Shown here: one piece after another, positions 20,117 through 30,460 of the stretch
Layout of the letters: every line of letters begins with the position of its first letter
Position numbering within the stretch: position 1 is the first letter of the stretch
NCBI GenBank assembly: GCA_009695275.1
Contig: SIBF01000004.1
Coordinates: 1 to 53,475 of the forward strand
Source of the DNA: Pedosphaera sp.
GTDB taxonomy: Bacteria > Verrucomicrobiota > Verrucomicrobiia > Limisphaerales > F1-12-MAGs170
Length of the DNA: 53,475 nucleotides
Direction: 5' to 3'
The notes under the pieces: model-generated
The model's input: only the letters and a program-made list of their open reading frames with translations
What the model was told of the DNA's origin: nothing
Databases searched by the model: none
Program-made: the position numbers and the translations under genes

Positions 20117-23100
20117 TCATTCGCTCCTCAGAGCCTCAATCAACTTCCCACGCAAGGCCAGTGCTGCCGCAACCCACGTCCACACCGCCCCGCTCACAAG
20201 CACCCCGCCCAGCGTGAGCGCCAGCGACATCACTGGAAACTCGCCGCGTGGCGAGAGCAAAGCAGGCAACACCGCCACCAGAGCCGCCAGCACACCGACT
20301 CCCAGGCCCATCAAGAGCAGCGCTCCATGCTCGGTCACCACGAGCCGCTGGACAGCACGACGTCTGAAACCCACCGCCAGCAACACCGCCAGTTCGCTCC
20401 GGCGCTCCAGAACATTGCGCAGAACCACGACACCCAATCCCACGCTGCCCAGCAACAAGCCCAAACCACCCAACACTTGAAACGTGTTCAGATACGTGTT
20501 TTGCACCGCGTTCAGGGATGCCAACCTTGTTGTTGTGGCCGTCAACTCGAAGCCTACGTCCTGCATGGCGCGTGTCAGATTCGGCACAAACGTGTCCTTC
20601 GACGGAGCATCAATGAGGAACATTCGATAGCCGGTTTCGCTGGGGAAGCGTTCCTTGAATGAATCCTCGGAAATGAGCAGGCTGCCCTGGAGAATGGAAC
20701 TGGCCACCGCCCCGACGAGGCGCACTTTGAACTCACGCCCGCGCTCGTCGGTGTATTCAAGCGTGTCGCCGAGTTTCTTGCCCAGTGCCCATTGGATGGA
20801 AGCCGCGTCGCCAATCGCCGGAATGGCGCCGTCCTGATGTGACTCAGCCAGCAAACCCCAGGGATCTGCCCGCTCGAAACCCTTGGCAAAGCCAGCGAAG
20901 CTGAATGCATTCAATCGTTGCAGTTCCACCGGCTCCACTCCAAGGAGACGCGGCCTTTGCGCTCGGTTCAGATTCAAACAGCTCGCGTCATCTCCGTCGC
21001 GCACCCGCATCTGAACAAAGTTGACCCCGGCCAAATCTTTCTCATCCAGCCCAAACTCCTCCCGGCCCGACTTGGTGTTCAAGCTCACCACCACAGGCAG
21101 GCTCGATTCGCCGATGTAGCGAAATCCGCCCGTCCCGGAGGAACGTTTCGTCGCATCCTTGTCCGAATCCAGCCTGAACGCCCCGATCGATGTGATCAGA
21201 AAACTTCCGCAGGCCAGCAGCGCGATGACCGCCAGGCTTCGCTTCCGCCGTCGGGCAGCGTTGCGCAACGCAAGTTCACCCAGCGACGGCACCGCACCCG
21301 CGTGTCGGAGCAACCGGCGTAAGAATACTGATGAGAACGCCAGTCCGCCCATCAACAGCAGCGCCCCTACACCAAAGAACAAACCAGCGTGGGAAGTCCG
21401 GTTCGTGGCGAAGGCGAACGCGATTAGGCCCAGTGCTGCTGCGACGCTTAACAAGCCAGCCCAGCCAATCCTCCCAATCGCTGCGAAGGACCATCGGGCT
21501 CCAGCCTTTTCTCGAGCCGTGTGGATTGGTAAATCAACCTTCTGCTCTCGATCTGTTGTGTCCGATTTGCCATCTCCATCCTGGACCTCACCACCCGCCA
21601 GCAGCACTCGCGCCGGCTGGCGCGCCTGCCTCCGCAGCGCGAACCAGATGACCAACGCCGCCACAGCCGTGCCCGCCACCGCACCGATCACCAGTGTCAT
21701 CGGCTCCGCATGATAGCGCAAAGGCGAGGTGCCCACCGCGCTCCGCCAGATCGTCGAGAGGCCCCACAACATTCCCTTTGCGTAGGCGATTCCGCCTGCC
21801 ACGCCCATTACCGCGCCCAACGCCGAAAGCACCACGCCCTCGGCCAGCAGCAGCCGCCGCACTTGTTTGGGCTGAAACCCAAGCGCCAGGAGCGTCCCGA
21901 TTTCCGGCGCGCGTTGCTCGACGCCGAACTGAAAGAGCATTGCCATCAGGATCAACGCCGCACCGATCAGGAAAAAACTGAACCCGAGAAACAGTTGCCC
22001 GAAGTCCTGCCCTTGATTCGCCGCCGCCAACGCTCGCTCGCGCACTGGCTCCAATTTCAATCCTACATCCTCTGGGTTCAGATTCGCGCGAGTGTTCGAC
22101 TCGATGGATGCGCGTAAAACTTCCGGAGACGTGTTCGTCGGCACCAGCCAACGGATCGCCGTCAAGTTCCCGAAGCGGTTTGACCACATCTTCTGCCCCG
22201 CAGCCAGCGTGATGAAGGCCTTGGGTGTACCGCGATGATTTTTCCAATAGGCTTCGTCCTGATCGCGAATCTTGTGAGTGAGCTTGAAGCCCGCATCCCA
22301 ATCATGCGTGCTCTCCGCCTTCGCGATGCCCGGGAACTCCGGCATCAAGGTTCGGTCCGCGTGCAAGCCTTTCAGCGGCACCACGCCACGGACGCGAAAC
22401 GAATTCGTCCGCTCGATCAACTGGCTGCCCGAGTCCGCGAGGTAATAACTCAACTCGACCCGATCTCCTGCCCGCACTTTCAAATCTTCGGCTAACCACT
22501 CGTTAACCAGAATCTCGTCGTCCGCCATGTCCACCGGCACCCACGGCGCACCCGTGGCCGTGATCATCGAGTAAGGTGCTGCCCGCTCGCCTACACGGAT
22601 GAGGTTCACAAGGTAGGTGAGGACGCCGATGCCGTTGGTTGTAGCTCCCGGAGTCGAAGGCGCGCTGGCTCCTGATGCCAGAAGCGCGGGTGACCCGCCT
22701 TGCGGAATGGGAGCGGACCCTTGCTGTGACCCTGGGGTGGCGATGATTGAGGACGCCACTCCCGTTCCGTCCGGCAGGTTTCCCGCGCCACCCTTGCTGT
22801 AACCAAGCGCGGCAGCAATGACGGGTGGCTCGAGGAAAATGCGGCGAGTGTTGAGCTCGACCATTGTCAGGTTCGTTTCGGCATTAATCCCTGAAATGCT
22901 GGATTGAGTCATCCGTACGGTTAGCTCGGCATCAGAAAGCTTCCAAGCTTCCGCCAATCGCGGCTCAATCGCATCGACGGTTTCCCTGGATGTGACGGGA
23001 ACGCTGTATGGGATTTGAGGAGCTGCTCTCGGACTGATCCAGCGTCTTTGGGAGATCACCTCTCGCATCGTTTTCCACCAGTGTTGTGCCGGAGAGGGCT

Positions 23101-23848
23101 CATGCAAGCGGTAGGCCGAGAAAGGGAGAAACAAGTTAGCACGTCCATCCACACCAGCCGCTTTGGCCAGTTCATCCAAATTCATGAAAGCATTGAACGA
23201 TGCAACGTGGCTGTTTCTCAGGCCGAAATTCTCAAGAAATTGCCGGCCCGGTGGCTGAACCATTCTTCCTACGGTCATTCGCAATGCCACGGAAGAATCA
23301 TTGCGAGAACTGATCACAGCATCCCTCGAAAGCGCTGCTGGTTTGGATATGCGGATGATGATGGAGTCTCCCGCACGTACATCCAAGTGGCGCGTGAGGG
23401 TGCCATTCAGCCAGACGGTTCCTGGGAGGAGTAGATTCCCCGTTGGAAAGAAAGTACAGTTTGTGATGCCGTAGAGATGAACGCGATTGGCCCGTGCCGC
23501 CGCGTCCTGTCGCACAGCCGTCGCAGGCAAGTCCAGCAGCACAGCACCAGACATCGGAACCCCCCACGCCAGATCATCGGACATGTTCCGCTTTGGCAAA
23601 GCCGCTACAACGCTATTTTCCAAACGAGCGGGCAAGTCCTGTTCAAAAAAGCGATCACCGGAATCGATTATCGCATCTGCGCTCCCCAGCCTTTCCAACG
23701 CCTGCTCACGCAAGCTGCCGCGCACCGAGTCGCCCACCACGAGCGCGCCCACAAGCACCGCGCTGCCCACCGCCGCGCCAAGCAACGCGCCGAGGTGCGA
23801 CCGTGCATGGAACCGCAAACTCCGCAGGATGAGCGTCCGGGTAGTCAT
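20117..23848 (-). CDS. ABC transporter permease, MacB/YbbP-like with two FtsX domains and large periplasmic domains
   Basis: 1243 aa with two FtsX modules: LFLGFSFFLIGAALILMAML…LLALGFQPKQVRRLLLAEG and LGGLGLLLGSVGLGVVVL…LLAVGFRRRAV. It lies directly downstream of the ATPase gene. Confidence 0.85.
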   Translation of the reverse strand: MTTRTLILRSLRFHARSHLGALLGAAVGSAVLVGALVVGDSVRGSLREQALERLGSADAIIDSGDRFFEQDLPARLENSVVAALPKRNMSDDLAWGVPMSGAVLLDLPATAVRQDAAARANRVHLYGITNCTFFPTGNLLLPGTVWLNGTLTRHLDVRAGDSIIIRISKPAALSRDAVISSRNDSSVALRMTVGRMVQPPGRQFLENFGLRNSHVASFNAFMNLDELAKAAGVDGRANLFLPFSAYRLHEPSPAQHWWKTMREVISQRRWISPRAAPQIPYSVPVTSRETVDAIEPRLAEAWKLSDAELTVRMTQSSISGINAETNLTMVELNTRRIFLEPPVIAAALGYSKGGAGNLPDGTGVASSIIATPGSQQGSAPIPQGGSPALLASGASAPSTPGATTNGIGVLTYLVNLIRVGERAAPYSMITATGAPWVPVDMADDEILVNEWLAEDLKVRAGDRVELSYYLADSGSQLIERTNSFRVRGVVPLKGLHADRTLMPEFPGIAKAESTHDWDAGFKLTHKIRDQDEAYWKNHRGTPKAFITLAAGQKMWSNRFGNLTAIRWLVPTNTSPEVLRASIESNTRANLNPEDVGLKLEPVRERALAAANQGQDFGQLFLGFSFFLIGAALILMAMLFQFGVEQRAPEIGTLLALGFQPKQVRRLLLAEGVVLSALGAVMGVAGGIAYAKGMLWGLSTIWRSAVGTSPLRYHAEPMTLVIGAVAGTAVAALVIWFALRRQARQPARVLLAGGEVQDGDGKSDTTDREQKVDLPIHTAREKAGARWSFAAIGRIGWAGLLSVAAALGLIAFAFATNRTSHAGLFFGVGALLLMGGLAFSSVFLRRLLRHAGAVPSLGELALRNAARRRKRSLAVIALLACGSFLITSIGAFRLDSDKDATKRSSGTGGFRYIGESSLPVVVSLNTKSGREEFGLDEKDLAGVNFVQMRVRDGDDASCLNLNRAQRPRLLGVEPVELQRLNAFSFAGFAKGFERADPWGLLAESHQDGAIPAIGDAASIQWALGKKLGDTLEYTDERGREFKVRLVGAVASSILQGSLLISEDSFKERFPSETGYRMFLIDAPSKDTFVPNLTRAMQDVGFELTATTTRLASLNAVQNTYLNTFQVLGGLGLLLGSVGLGVVVLRNVLERRSELAVLLAVGFRRRAVQRLVVTEHGALLLMGLGVGVLAALVAVLPALLSPRGEFPVMSLALTLGGVLVSGAVWTWVAAALALRGKLIEALRSE

Positions 23849-24537
23849 TCAAGCTTTCCATCCCGCAGTTCAAAGACTCGTTTCATCCGGCGCGCAAGAT
23901 CGGGCGCATGCGTCACCACGATCAATGTCACCCCTTCCTCGCGATTCAGCTCCACCAGCAGGTCGCTGAGTTTCTCCGCGGAAGCGCGATCCAGGGCACC
24001 GGTCGGTTCGTCAGCCAGCAAGAGTTTGGGCTGGTTGATCAGCGCGCGAACCACGGCCACACGCTGGCGTTCACCGCCGGACAGTTGACCTGGCCGATGC
24101 GTCAACCGCTCGCCAAGGCCGACCCGGGCGAGCAGCCGTCGCGCGCGCGCTTCGGCACCACTGCGGAGACTTGCTTCTTTCGTGGCCAGCACGGGCACAA
24201 GGACGTTCTCCAGCACGGTGCATTGCGGCAGGAGGTGATGCCCCTGGAAGATGAAACCGATGCGCCGATTGCGGACGGCGGCGAGCTGATTTTCGTCGAG
24301 CCGGCTCAAGTCCTCATTGTCCAGAAGTACTTGACCGGAGCTGGGTCGATCCAGCGTGCCGATGATGTTGAGCAAAGTGCTCTTGCCCGATCCCGATGGT
24401 CCAACGATGGACGCTGATTCGCCGCTTTGCAGATCAAGGCTGATCTCTTGAAGCACCGCCAGTTCGCCACCTCCGTCCGTCGAAGAATACCGCTTGCTGA
24501 CCTTGGTCAATCTGAGAACGGGAGGCGCGTCTGGCAT
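23845..24537 (-). CDS. ABC transporter ATP-binding protein (LolD/MacB-type)
   Basis: Walker A GPSGSGKST, ABC signature LSGGERQRVAVVRAL, Walker B LLLADEPT, and H-loop VVTHA. Confidence 0.9.
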   Translation of the reverse strand: MPDAPPVLRLTKVSKRYSSTDGGGELAVLQEISLDLQSGESASIVGPSGSGKSTLLNIIGTLDRPSSGQVLLDNEDLSRLDENQLAAVRNRRIGFIFQGHHLLPQCTVLENVLVPVLATKEASLRSGAEARARRLLARVGLGERLTHRPGQLSGGERQRVAVVRALINQPKLLLADEPTGALDRASAEKLSDLLVELNREEGVTLIVVTHAPDLARRMKRVFELRDGKLE

Positions 24538-24669
24538 GGACGTAAGTTAGGCGTGGATGCCACAGTGACAAATATAAATTCATTATTCATCGATTTCATG
24601 TAACACGGTTCTTTTGACTTCAATTCCTCCGGCTCTTAACCTTTCTCAAACGAAGAGCCGAAGCTCCTG

Positions 24670-25101
24670 ATGACAACCATGACAACAGAAAAACAGCCCA
24701 GTTCTGCAATCCTACTTCCAAAGCATCTCCAAATGCTCCTGCTTGGTGCCTCGCTGCTGGCCGCCACCGGTTGCGCGGCAGTGCTGGTCGGCGGTGTTGC
24801 TGCGGGTGCCGGTGCCGTAGCCTATGTGCGCGGTGAATTGAAATCGGTCGAAGCCGCCCCTCTGGAAAAGACATGGACCGCGACCCTCGCCGCCGTGAAG
24901 CAGCTTGAATTCGCAATCACGGATCGGTCGAAGGATGGACTCTCTGCCAAACTCAGCGCACGCGGCTCGGGCGATCGCCGCATTCAGGTGGAACTTGCAA
25001 AATCAGGGGAGAAAATGACGGAAGTTCGCATTCGTGTGGGTGTCTTTGGGAACGAGACCTTGTCCCGCCAGATTCTCGAGAAGATCAAGTCGCGGCTTTG
25101 A
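24670..25101 (+). CDS. hypothetical lipoprotein
   Basis: Lipobox LLLGASLLAATGCAAV. Small, 143 aa. No family assigned. Confidence 0.45.
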   Translation: MTTMTTEKQPSSAILLPKHLQMLLLGASLLAATGCAAVLVGGVAAGAGAVAYVRGELKSVEAAPLEKTWTATLAAVKQLEFAITDRSKDGLSAKLSARGSGDRRIQVELAKSGEKMTEVRIRVGVFGNETLSRQILEKIKSRL

Positions 25102-25121
25102 GCCGCGTTCAATCTCATCTG

Positions 25122-26048
25122 TCATCTGGTGAGCCACGAACGAATGCTGCGTGTGACCAGATCCGCCGCATCCTGCTGAACAAAGTGCCCCGCATCGGGA
25201 ATCGTCACCAGCGTCAGATCGCGCTCCACGAACTCCCAGTTTCCGTTCAAGGCCGGGTGCAAGAGTGCCGTGTCCTTCAAACCATGAATCATGAGCACCG
25301 GGGACTTCACTTTCACAACTGGCGATGTGTCCTCCTTGTAGGGCTCGCGAGGATAATTCCGTTTGTAATAGTTCAGCATGGACTCGAAGTCCGAACGTTC
25401 AAAAGCCTCCACATAACGTGGGCGCGCTTCCAAGTCAGTCACCCAGAAAGTCAGCCCTTGCGCGGTCAGGTTGGTGTGGGCGCCGGGCTGTTGAAAGGTT
25501 CGCGCATACGCGCTGTTCTTCCGTTGCTCAGGATTGTTTGCCAGTTCACGCAGGATCCCACGAAAATGAGGAAGATTGAGGATGATCAACTTCTCCGTCA
25601 GCTCGGGATGCGCCATCGCAAAATTCCATGCCACCGCGCCACCCCAGTCGTGTCCGACGACAATCGCCGTCTTGCGTCCGCACGCGCCCACGACCGCAGC
25701 CACATCCTGCACCAACAGGCTCATGTCATAATTCTCCACGCCTTTGGGACGGTCACTGAGGTTGTAGCCACGCTGGTCGAGCGCCACGACTTGATGATCC
25801 TTCGACAGCTCCCGCATCTGGTGCCGCCACGTCAGCCAGTAATCTGGAAAACCGTGGATCATGATCATCAAAGGACCGGAGCCGAGACTCACGTAGTGAA
25901 TGCGCACGCCATTGTTCGTCGCGTAGGCGTGGGTGACGAGGCGTTCGATGTCGAGCACACCAGTCTCAGCTGCGTGCAGTGCGCGGAAGTCTGCGAGGAC
26001 GAGCCCGAACAGGATCGGGAGAAGCCGTGGGATAAATCGATGTGACAT
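25122..26048 (-). CDS. alpha/beta hydrolase, epoxide-hydrolase/haloalkane-dehalogenase-like, secreted
   Basis: [28 protein letters not shown] (nucleophile Asp) and a C-terminal GHFVQQD block. The signal peptide [19 protein letters not shown] supports an internal start. The upstream 200 codons of the ORF look non-coding. Confidence 0.8.
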   Translation of the reverse strand: MSHRFIPRLLPILFGLVLADFRALHAAETGVLDIERLVTHAYATNNGVRIHYVSLGSGPLMIMIHGFPDYWLTWRHQMRELSKDHQVVALDQRGYNLSDRPKGVENYDMSLLVQDVAAVVGACGRKTAIVVGHDWGGAVAWNFAMAHPELTEKLIILNLPHFRGILRELANNPEQRKNSAYARTFQQPGAHTNLTAQGLTFWVTDLEARPRYVEAFERSDFESMLNYYKRNYPREPYKEDTSPVVKVKSPVLMIHGLKDTALLHPALNGNWEFVERDLTLVTIPDAGHFVQQDAADLVTRSIRSWLTR

Positions 26049-26116
26049 GTTGACGAAGAGTAGTGGAGTTTGGAGCGCTGAAAAGAAACTTTCGCCCACT
26101 GAGGCCAGCTTGCTGC

Positions 26117-26698
26117 CTATCTGGTGATCGCATTCGTGTTTAGAGATCGATGGCGATAATGAATGATCTGAAATTCCGGGCGGTCGTCGATCACATCCAC
26201 TTTCGTGAACATGTCTTCGAAAGGAGGGAAGAACGCGTCCCCTTCGACGGTGCGTTTGACCACGGTGAGGTACAGGTCTGAGCACTTGGGAAGTGCCTGG
26301 GCATAAATCTGAGCGCCGCCGCAAATGAAAATGTCGTTGGGGAATTCCGCCGGATCGAGCTTGTCTAAAGAATTGAAAATCAGGATGTCCGTGGCACTGC
26401 CCCGAGCCAACGGCGTGAATCTCAGCTGGTACTCCCTCTTGATCTGCTTCCCAATTTCTTTGCCACCACGCCATTCCTTGTATTGGCCGAAGATTTCCGG
26501 ATGGCTTCTGATCAATTGCTGCGGATGACGGGTCAGGATCAGGTTCGTCCGGTTCGGGAGTGGTTTGCCCAGACTTTCGAAGGTCTTTCTTCCCATCACA
26601 ACAATGTTCCCAAGGGTCGTCTTCTTGAACCACTTGAAGTCTTCGGGCAGATGCCACGGAATCTGGTTGCCGACGCCGATCACTCGGTTCAACGACAT
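26117..26698 (-). CDS. folA: dihydrofolate reductase
   Basis: [44 protein letters not shown]…[10 protein letters not shown] is a classic DHFR motif set. Confidence 0.75.
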   Translation of the reverse strand: MSLNRVIGVGNQIPWHLPEDFKWFKKTTLGNIVVMGRKTFESLGKPLPNRTNLILTRHPQQLIRSHPEIFGQYKEWRGGKEIGKQIKREYQLRFTPLARGSATDILIFNSLDKLDPAEFPNDIFICGGAQIYAQALPKCSDLYLTVVKRTVEGDAFFPPFEDMFTKVDVIDDRPEFQIIHYRHRSLNTNAITR

Positions 26699-26759
26699 GG
26701 CGGCGATGGCTTTGAAATGTTTCACAGCGAAGCGGCTTGAATAGTTCTCGGAGCGCTGA

Positions 26760-27122
26760 TCAAGCGAGCAGTCGCACGAAAGGCGCGTACTCGTCGGGCA
26801 CACGGATCTTCCTGCCCAGGGCAAATTGAGACAATACTGTGGTCATCCATTCCCGCGACGCCGACGCGTCGCGGATGACCAAGCAAGTGCCCGAGTCGTC
26901 CGTCGTCAGTTCATACTTGTTAATCGATATCTGGATGGGCGTGGCTTCGCCCTTGAGCAGAATTTCGCAGTGGATGGAATTATTCTTCGAATCGATGCGC
27001 AGGTTCAGCATACGTCCGTAATTGTTGATGAGTTTCTGGGCGGCGCGCTCGACAAGCATCGAGCCGGCGGCATCCCGTGTCCGGCCCAACCAGCCTCCAA
27101 CCTTCTCAAGAGCGCCCTTCAT
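26760..27122 (-). CDS. hypothetical protein (120 aa)
   Basis: ORF with reasonable composition and spacing. Preceded by a structured inverted-repeat region. No family assigned. Confidence 0.35.
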   Translation of the reverse strand: MKGALEKVGGWLGRTRDAAGSMLVERAAQKLINNYGRMLNLRIDSKNNSIHCEILLKGEATPIQISINKYELTTDDSGTCLVIRDASASREWMTTVLSQFALGRKIRVPDEYAPFVRLLA

Positions 27123-27140
27123 CCTAAATCCGGCAGTTCA

Positions 27141-27266
27141 AACCGCGAAACACGCGAATTACGCGAAAGGAAAAGGAGTTGAATCGAAGAGCGTGTTCTC
27201 CCGTGGGTGAATCCGTCTTTTTCTCCAATCCGTTCTGTTTTCGCGTGGTTCGCGTATTTCGCGGTT
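27141..27266. promoter_or_regulatory. imperfect 28-bp inverted repeat, each arm carrying three ACGCGAA/TTCGCGT units, about 70 bp apart
   Basis: Arm 1 is AACCGCGAAACACGCGAATTACGCGAAA at 27141–27168. Arm 2 is TTTCGCGTGGTTCGCGTATTTCGCGGTT at 27238–27266. The region lies between the HTH gene and the 120-aa ORF, both on the minus strand. Confidence 0.4.
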
Positions 27267-27343
27267 CCAACTGTTTTTTCAAGTTCATCGGAAGTGTTCA
27301 TCGGCCATTCAGTCGAGCAGGCCTCAAGGATCAAGGGAACAAG

Positions 27344-27826
27344 TTACAACGGTTTGGTGCGGGACAAGTCGTCCTTTACTGCCACGAAGTTGCCATCCTC
27401 GCAATGCTTGACAAAACCTTCCGTCACGGATTTCAAATCCTCCCAACGCGCGCGGATGGTCTTGGATTCCTCCTTTGAAATCGAGTTGTCGAACGCCGCT
27501 GTCGCGATCACGGCCAGCAAGTCGGCGAACTCCTGCACAATCTGGTTCGTAGCGGGGATGACCAGGTGTGGATGCGGCCAGTGCGCCTTGGGATTCTTGA
27601 TGAAGAATCCGCCCGCCCGCTCGGATACCCACTGCGCCAGCCGGGTGTCGCCTGTCAGGCGGATGAGAGCGTCGATGCGATCGAGGGGATTCGTGGAGCC
27701 GCTGCCGTTTTCTTCCGGCGGTTCAGCCCACTTGTAAATCATCGAGAGAGACAACCCGAGTTCGGCGGCGATCTGCTTGGGACTGGACTCATGGAAGACT
27801 TCGCGCAACAGCTCGTGGGATTGCAT
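27344..27826 (-). CDS. HTH-domain putative transcriptional regulator (phage-regulator-like)
   Basis: Helix-turn-helix-like segment KQIAAELGLSLSMIYKW near the N-terminus. No close family recognised. Confidence 0.45.
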   Translation of the reverse strand: MQSHELLREVFHESSPKQIAAELGLSLSMIYKWAEPPEENGSGSTNPLDRIDALIRLTGDTRLAQWVSERAGGFFIKNPKAHWPHPHLVIPATNQIVQEFADLLAVIATAAFDNSISKEESKTIRARWEDLKSVTEGFVKHCEDGNFVAVKDDLSRTKPL

Positions 27827-28220
27827 GGCGGAAGGTTAGGAAGCAGCGCGCACGTGGCAAGCTTCAGTTTGCGACAACGGATCGGTTCTGACCAATTCCT
27901 CAACACCCGGTGCTTCGTCTCGTGGAAAGACGGCCTCCGCGTGCCGAGTCCTTCAAAGTTCCCGCTGAAGCTGCTTATGCAAGGTCATCCCTACAAACTG
28001 CGGAGGAACTTGTAGCAGACACTCAGCTCAAAATCGGTTTCCTTGCCAACGGTCAGAGACAGAATGAACACGACCACCCAACAAAGGCATGACTTCACGG
28101 AAGGCGTCCTCACTTCCAGCGCCGATCTGGCGGGGCTATCCCTTTCCTCCTTGCTGAAAGCGCCGTCGGAGAATCTACTGTGACCAACACTCAAACCAGC
28201 ACTCAAGAAAGCGAGGGCTT

Positions 28221-28790
28221 ATGGACCTGTTTCTAGTTTATCTCATTTGTTTCGGCGTCGGGCTGTTGTTCACCCTCGCCAGTGCGCTCATGTCGCACGA
28301 CTTCGGCCACGACGTCACAGGCCACGACACTGGCGGCGGAGCGGACGGCCATGCCGAGGCGGGCTTCGGTTCGCATGATATGCCAGGCTTCGCCGCGCTC
28401 AGCCCCACAACCATCGCATCCTTCGTTACGGCGTTCGGTGGGTTCGGGATGATTCTTTCCAAGATCGAGGCGACGCAATCGCCGTGGTTGAGCGCACCCA
28501 TCGCGTCGCTCGGCGGCTTCGCCATCGCGGCGTCCGTGCTTTGGCTGTTCCGCGCAGTGTTCCGCAAGACGCAAGGCTCCAGCGAATCACGCGTGGCCAC
28601 GCTGGTCGGAATGAGCGCCAGCGTGATCACTCCGATCACAGCGGAAGGCGTCGGCGAAATTGCTTACGTGCAAAGCGGCACGCGCTACAGCGCCCCGGCG
28701 CGCGCCGAGAACTCCGTGGCCATCGCCAGCGGTGCCACGGTAAAGATCACGCGCATCGTGGGAACGCAGTTTTATGTCAGCAATCAATAG
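28221..28790 (+). CDS. NfeD-like membrane protein (C-terminal OB-fold)
   Basis: N-terminal TM helices followed by the OB-fold tail GEIAYVQSGTRYSAPARAENSVAIASGATVKITRIVGTQFYV. Sits immediately upstream of a flotillin gene, the canonical NfeD–SPFH pairing. Confidence 0.75.
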   Translation: MDLFLVYLICFGVGLLFTLASALMSHDFGHDVTGHDTGGGADGHAEAGFGSHDMPGFAALSPTTIASFVTAFGGFGMILSKIEATQSPWLSAPIASLGGFAIAASVLWLFRAVFRKTQGSSESRVATLVGMSASVITPITAEGVGEIAYVQSGTRYSAPARAENSVAIASGATVKITRIVGTQFYVSNQ

Positions 28791-28805
28791 TCCGATCCCA
28801 GCACT

Positions 28806-28840
28806 GATTACGGATTACGAATTACGGATTACTCGTTACT
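28806..28840. repeat. 5× tandem heptamer (GATTACG/AATTACG/GATTACT/CGTTACT)
   Basis: Read directly in the nfeD–flotillin intergenic spacer. Confidence 0.6.
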
Positions 28841-28885
28841 AACCACCGACGACTGGCAAACTCTCACATCAACTCCACAACACCC

Positions 28886-30415
28886 ATGCAAACCCTCCCA
28901 CTCCTCGCCCAACTCAACATCCCCGGCGGCTTCGGCCTTGCGGCTCTTGCGGTCGTCGGCATCGTCATTGTCATCGTCATTTTTGGCGCTGTGTGGGCCA
29001 GCCGTTACACCAAGGTCGGCCCGAACGAAGTCCTCGTGGTTTCCGGCCGCCAGTACCGCGTCACCGATCCCGACGGCACGGTGCGCACACGTGGGTTCCG
29101 CATCGTCAAGGGCGGCGGCTCGTTCATCGTCCCGGTGCTGGAAAAGGTGGACATCCTCTCGCTGGAGCTGCTCACCATTGATGTGCAGACGCCCGAGGTT
29201 TACACCAGCAAGGGCGTACCGGTGAAGGTGGACGGCGTGGCGCAGATCAAGGTCAAGGGCGACGACATATCCATCGCCACCGCCTCTGAGCAGTTCCTCA
29301 GCAAGGACACCGCCGCGATCATGAACATTGCCACGCAGACGCTCGAAGGCCATCTGCGCGCGATCCTCGGCACGATGACCGTCGAGGAGATTTATCAGAA
29401 TCGCGACGCCTTCGCGCAGCAGGTGCAGGAGGTCGCTGCGGGCGACATGGCGAACATGGGCCTGGGCATCGTGAGCTTCACCATCCGCGATATCCGAGAC
29501 ACGCAGGGCTACCTTGACGCGCTCGGCAAGCCACGCATTGCGCAGGTCAAGCGTGACGCCGTCATCGCCCAGGCCGAGGCCGATCGCGACGCGATGATCA
29601 AGTCCTCGCAAGCCACGCAAGCCGGACAGGAGGCGAAGTTCGCCGCCGACTCGAAGATTGCCGAGGCGCAACGCGATTATCAGTCGAACGTCGCACAGTA
29701 CCAGGCCGCGGTGAACCAGAAGAAAGCCGAGGCCGACCTGGCGTATGATTTGCAAAAATTCAAGACTGGCCAGCTGGTGAAGGCCGAGGAAGTGCAGGTA
29801 CAGATCATCGAGAAACAGAAGATGATCGAGTTGCAGCAACAGGAAATCCTCCGCAAACAGCGCGAACTCGAGGCGATGGTGCAGAAGCCGGCCGACGCCG
29901 AGCGTTACAAGGTCGAGACCCTCGCCAACGCACGGAAGTTCCAGCTCGAAACCGAGGCTGCGGGCGCCGCCTCCGCCACGAAGGCGACCGGCTTCGCACA
30001 GGCCGACGTCAACAAAGCCACCGGCATCGCCGAGGCCGAGGCAAACAAGGCCAAGGGTCTCGCCCAGGCCGACATCATCATGGCGCAGGGCAAGGCGACC
30101 GCCGAAGCCACGCGCCTCAAAGCCGAAGCCTTCCAGCAATACAACCAGGCGGCCGTGATCGAACTGCTCGTCAAGGTGCTGCCGGAAATCGCAGGCCGCA
30201 TCAGCGAGCCGCTGGCGAAAATGGAAAAGATGATCATCATCAACTCCGGCAGCGGCCCCGGCGGCGGCGCAAGCAAGCTGACTGGTGACATCACGCAAAT
30301 CATCGCGCAGCTACCACCCGTCCTGGAGAGCCTGACCGGCGTGAAGTTCGAGAAGCTTCTCGAACAAGTGCCAGCGCTGAAGAAGGCGATGGGGAAAGAC
30401 GAGCCGAAAGCTTAA
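28886..30415 (+). CDS. flotillin / SPFH (band-7) family protein
   Basis: N-terminal TM segment, SPFH domain YTKVGPNEVLVVSGRQ…VDILSLELLTIDVQTPEVYTSKGVPVKVDGVAQIKV, and long coiled-coil EA-repeat region as in YqiK/FloT. Confidence 0.9.
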   Translation: MQTLPLLAQLNIPGGFGLAALAVVGIVIVIVIFGAVWASRYTKVGPNEVLVVSGRQYRVTDPDGTVRTRGFRIVKGGGSFIVPVLEKVDILSLELLTIDVQTPEVYTSKGVPVKVDGVAQIKVKGDDISIATASEQFLSKDTAAIMNIATQTLEGHLRAILGTMTVEEIYQNRDAFAQQVQEVAAGDMANMGLGIVSFTIRDIRDTQGYLDALGKPRIAQVKRDAVIAQAEADRDAMIKSSQATQAGQEAKFAADSKIAEAQRDYQSNVAQYQAAVNQKKAEADLAYDLQKFKTGQLVKAEEVQVQIIEKQKMIELQQQEILRKQRELEAMVQKPADAERYKVETLANARKFQLETEAAGAASATKATGFAQADVNKATGIAEAEANKAKGLAQADIIMAQGKATAEATRLKAEAFQQYNQAAVIELLVKVLPEIAGRISEPLAKMEKMIIINSGSGPGGGASKLTGDITQIIAQLPPVLESLTGVKFEKLLEQVPALKKAMGKDEPKA

Positions 30416-30460
30416 CACGATTGACGCGCCAAGGTTCTGAATCCCAATTCACAAAGCAGT

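Noticed and set aside
25122-26657. Full 511-aa ORF for the alpha/beta hydrolase
   Set aside because: The N-terminal ~200 codons are Pro/Arg/His-rich with no motif. A clean signal peptide follows the internal Met at 26048, so the shorter gene is called.
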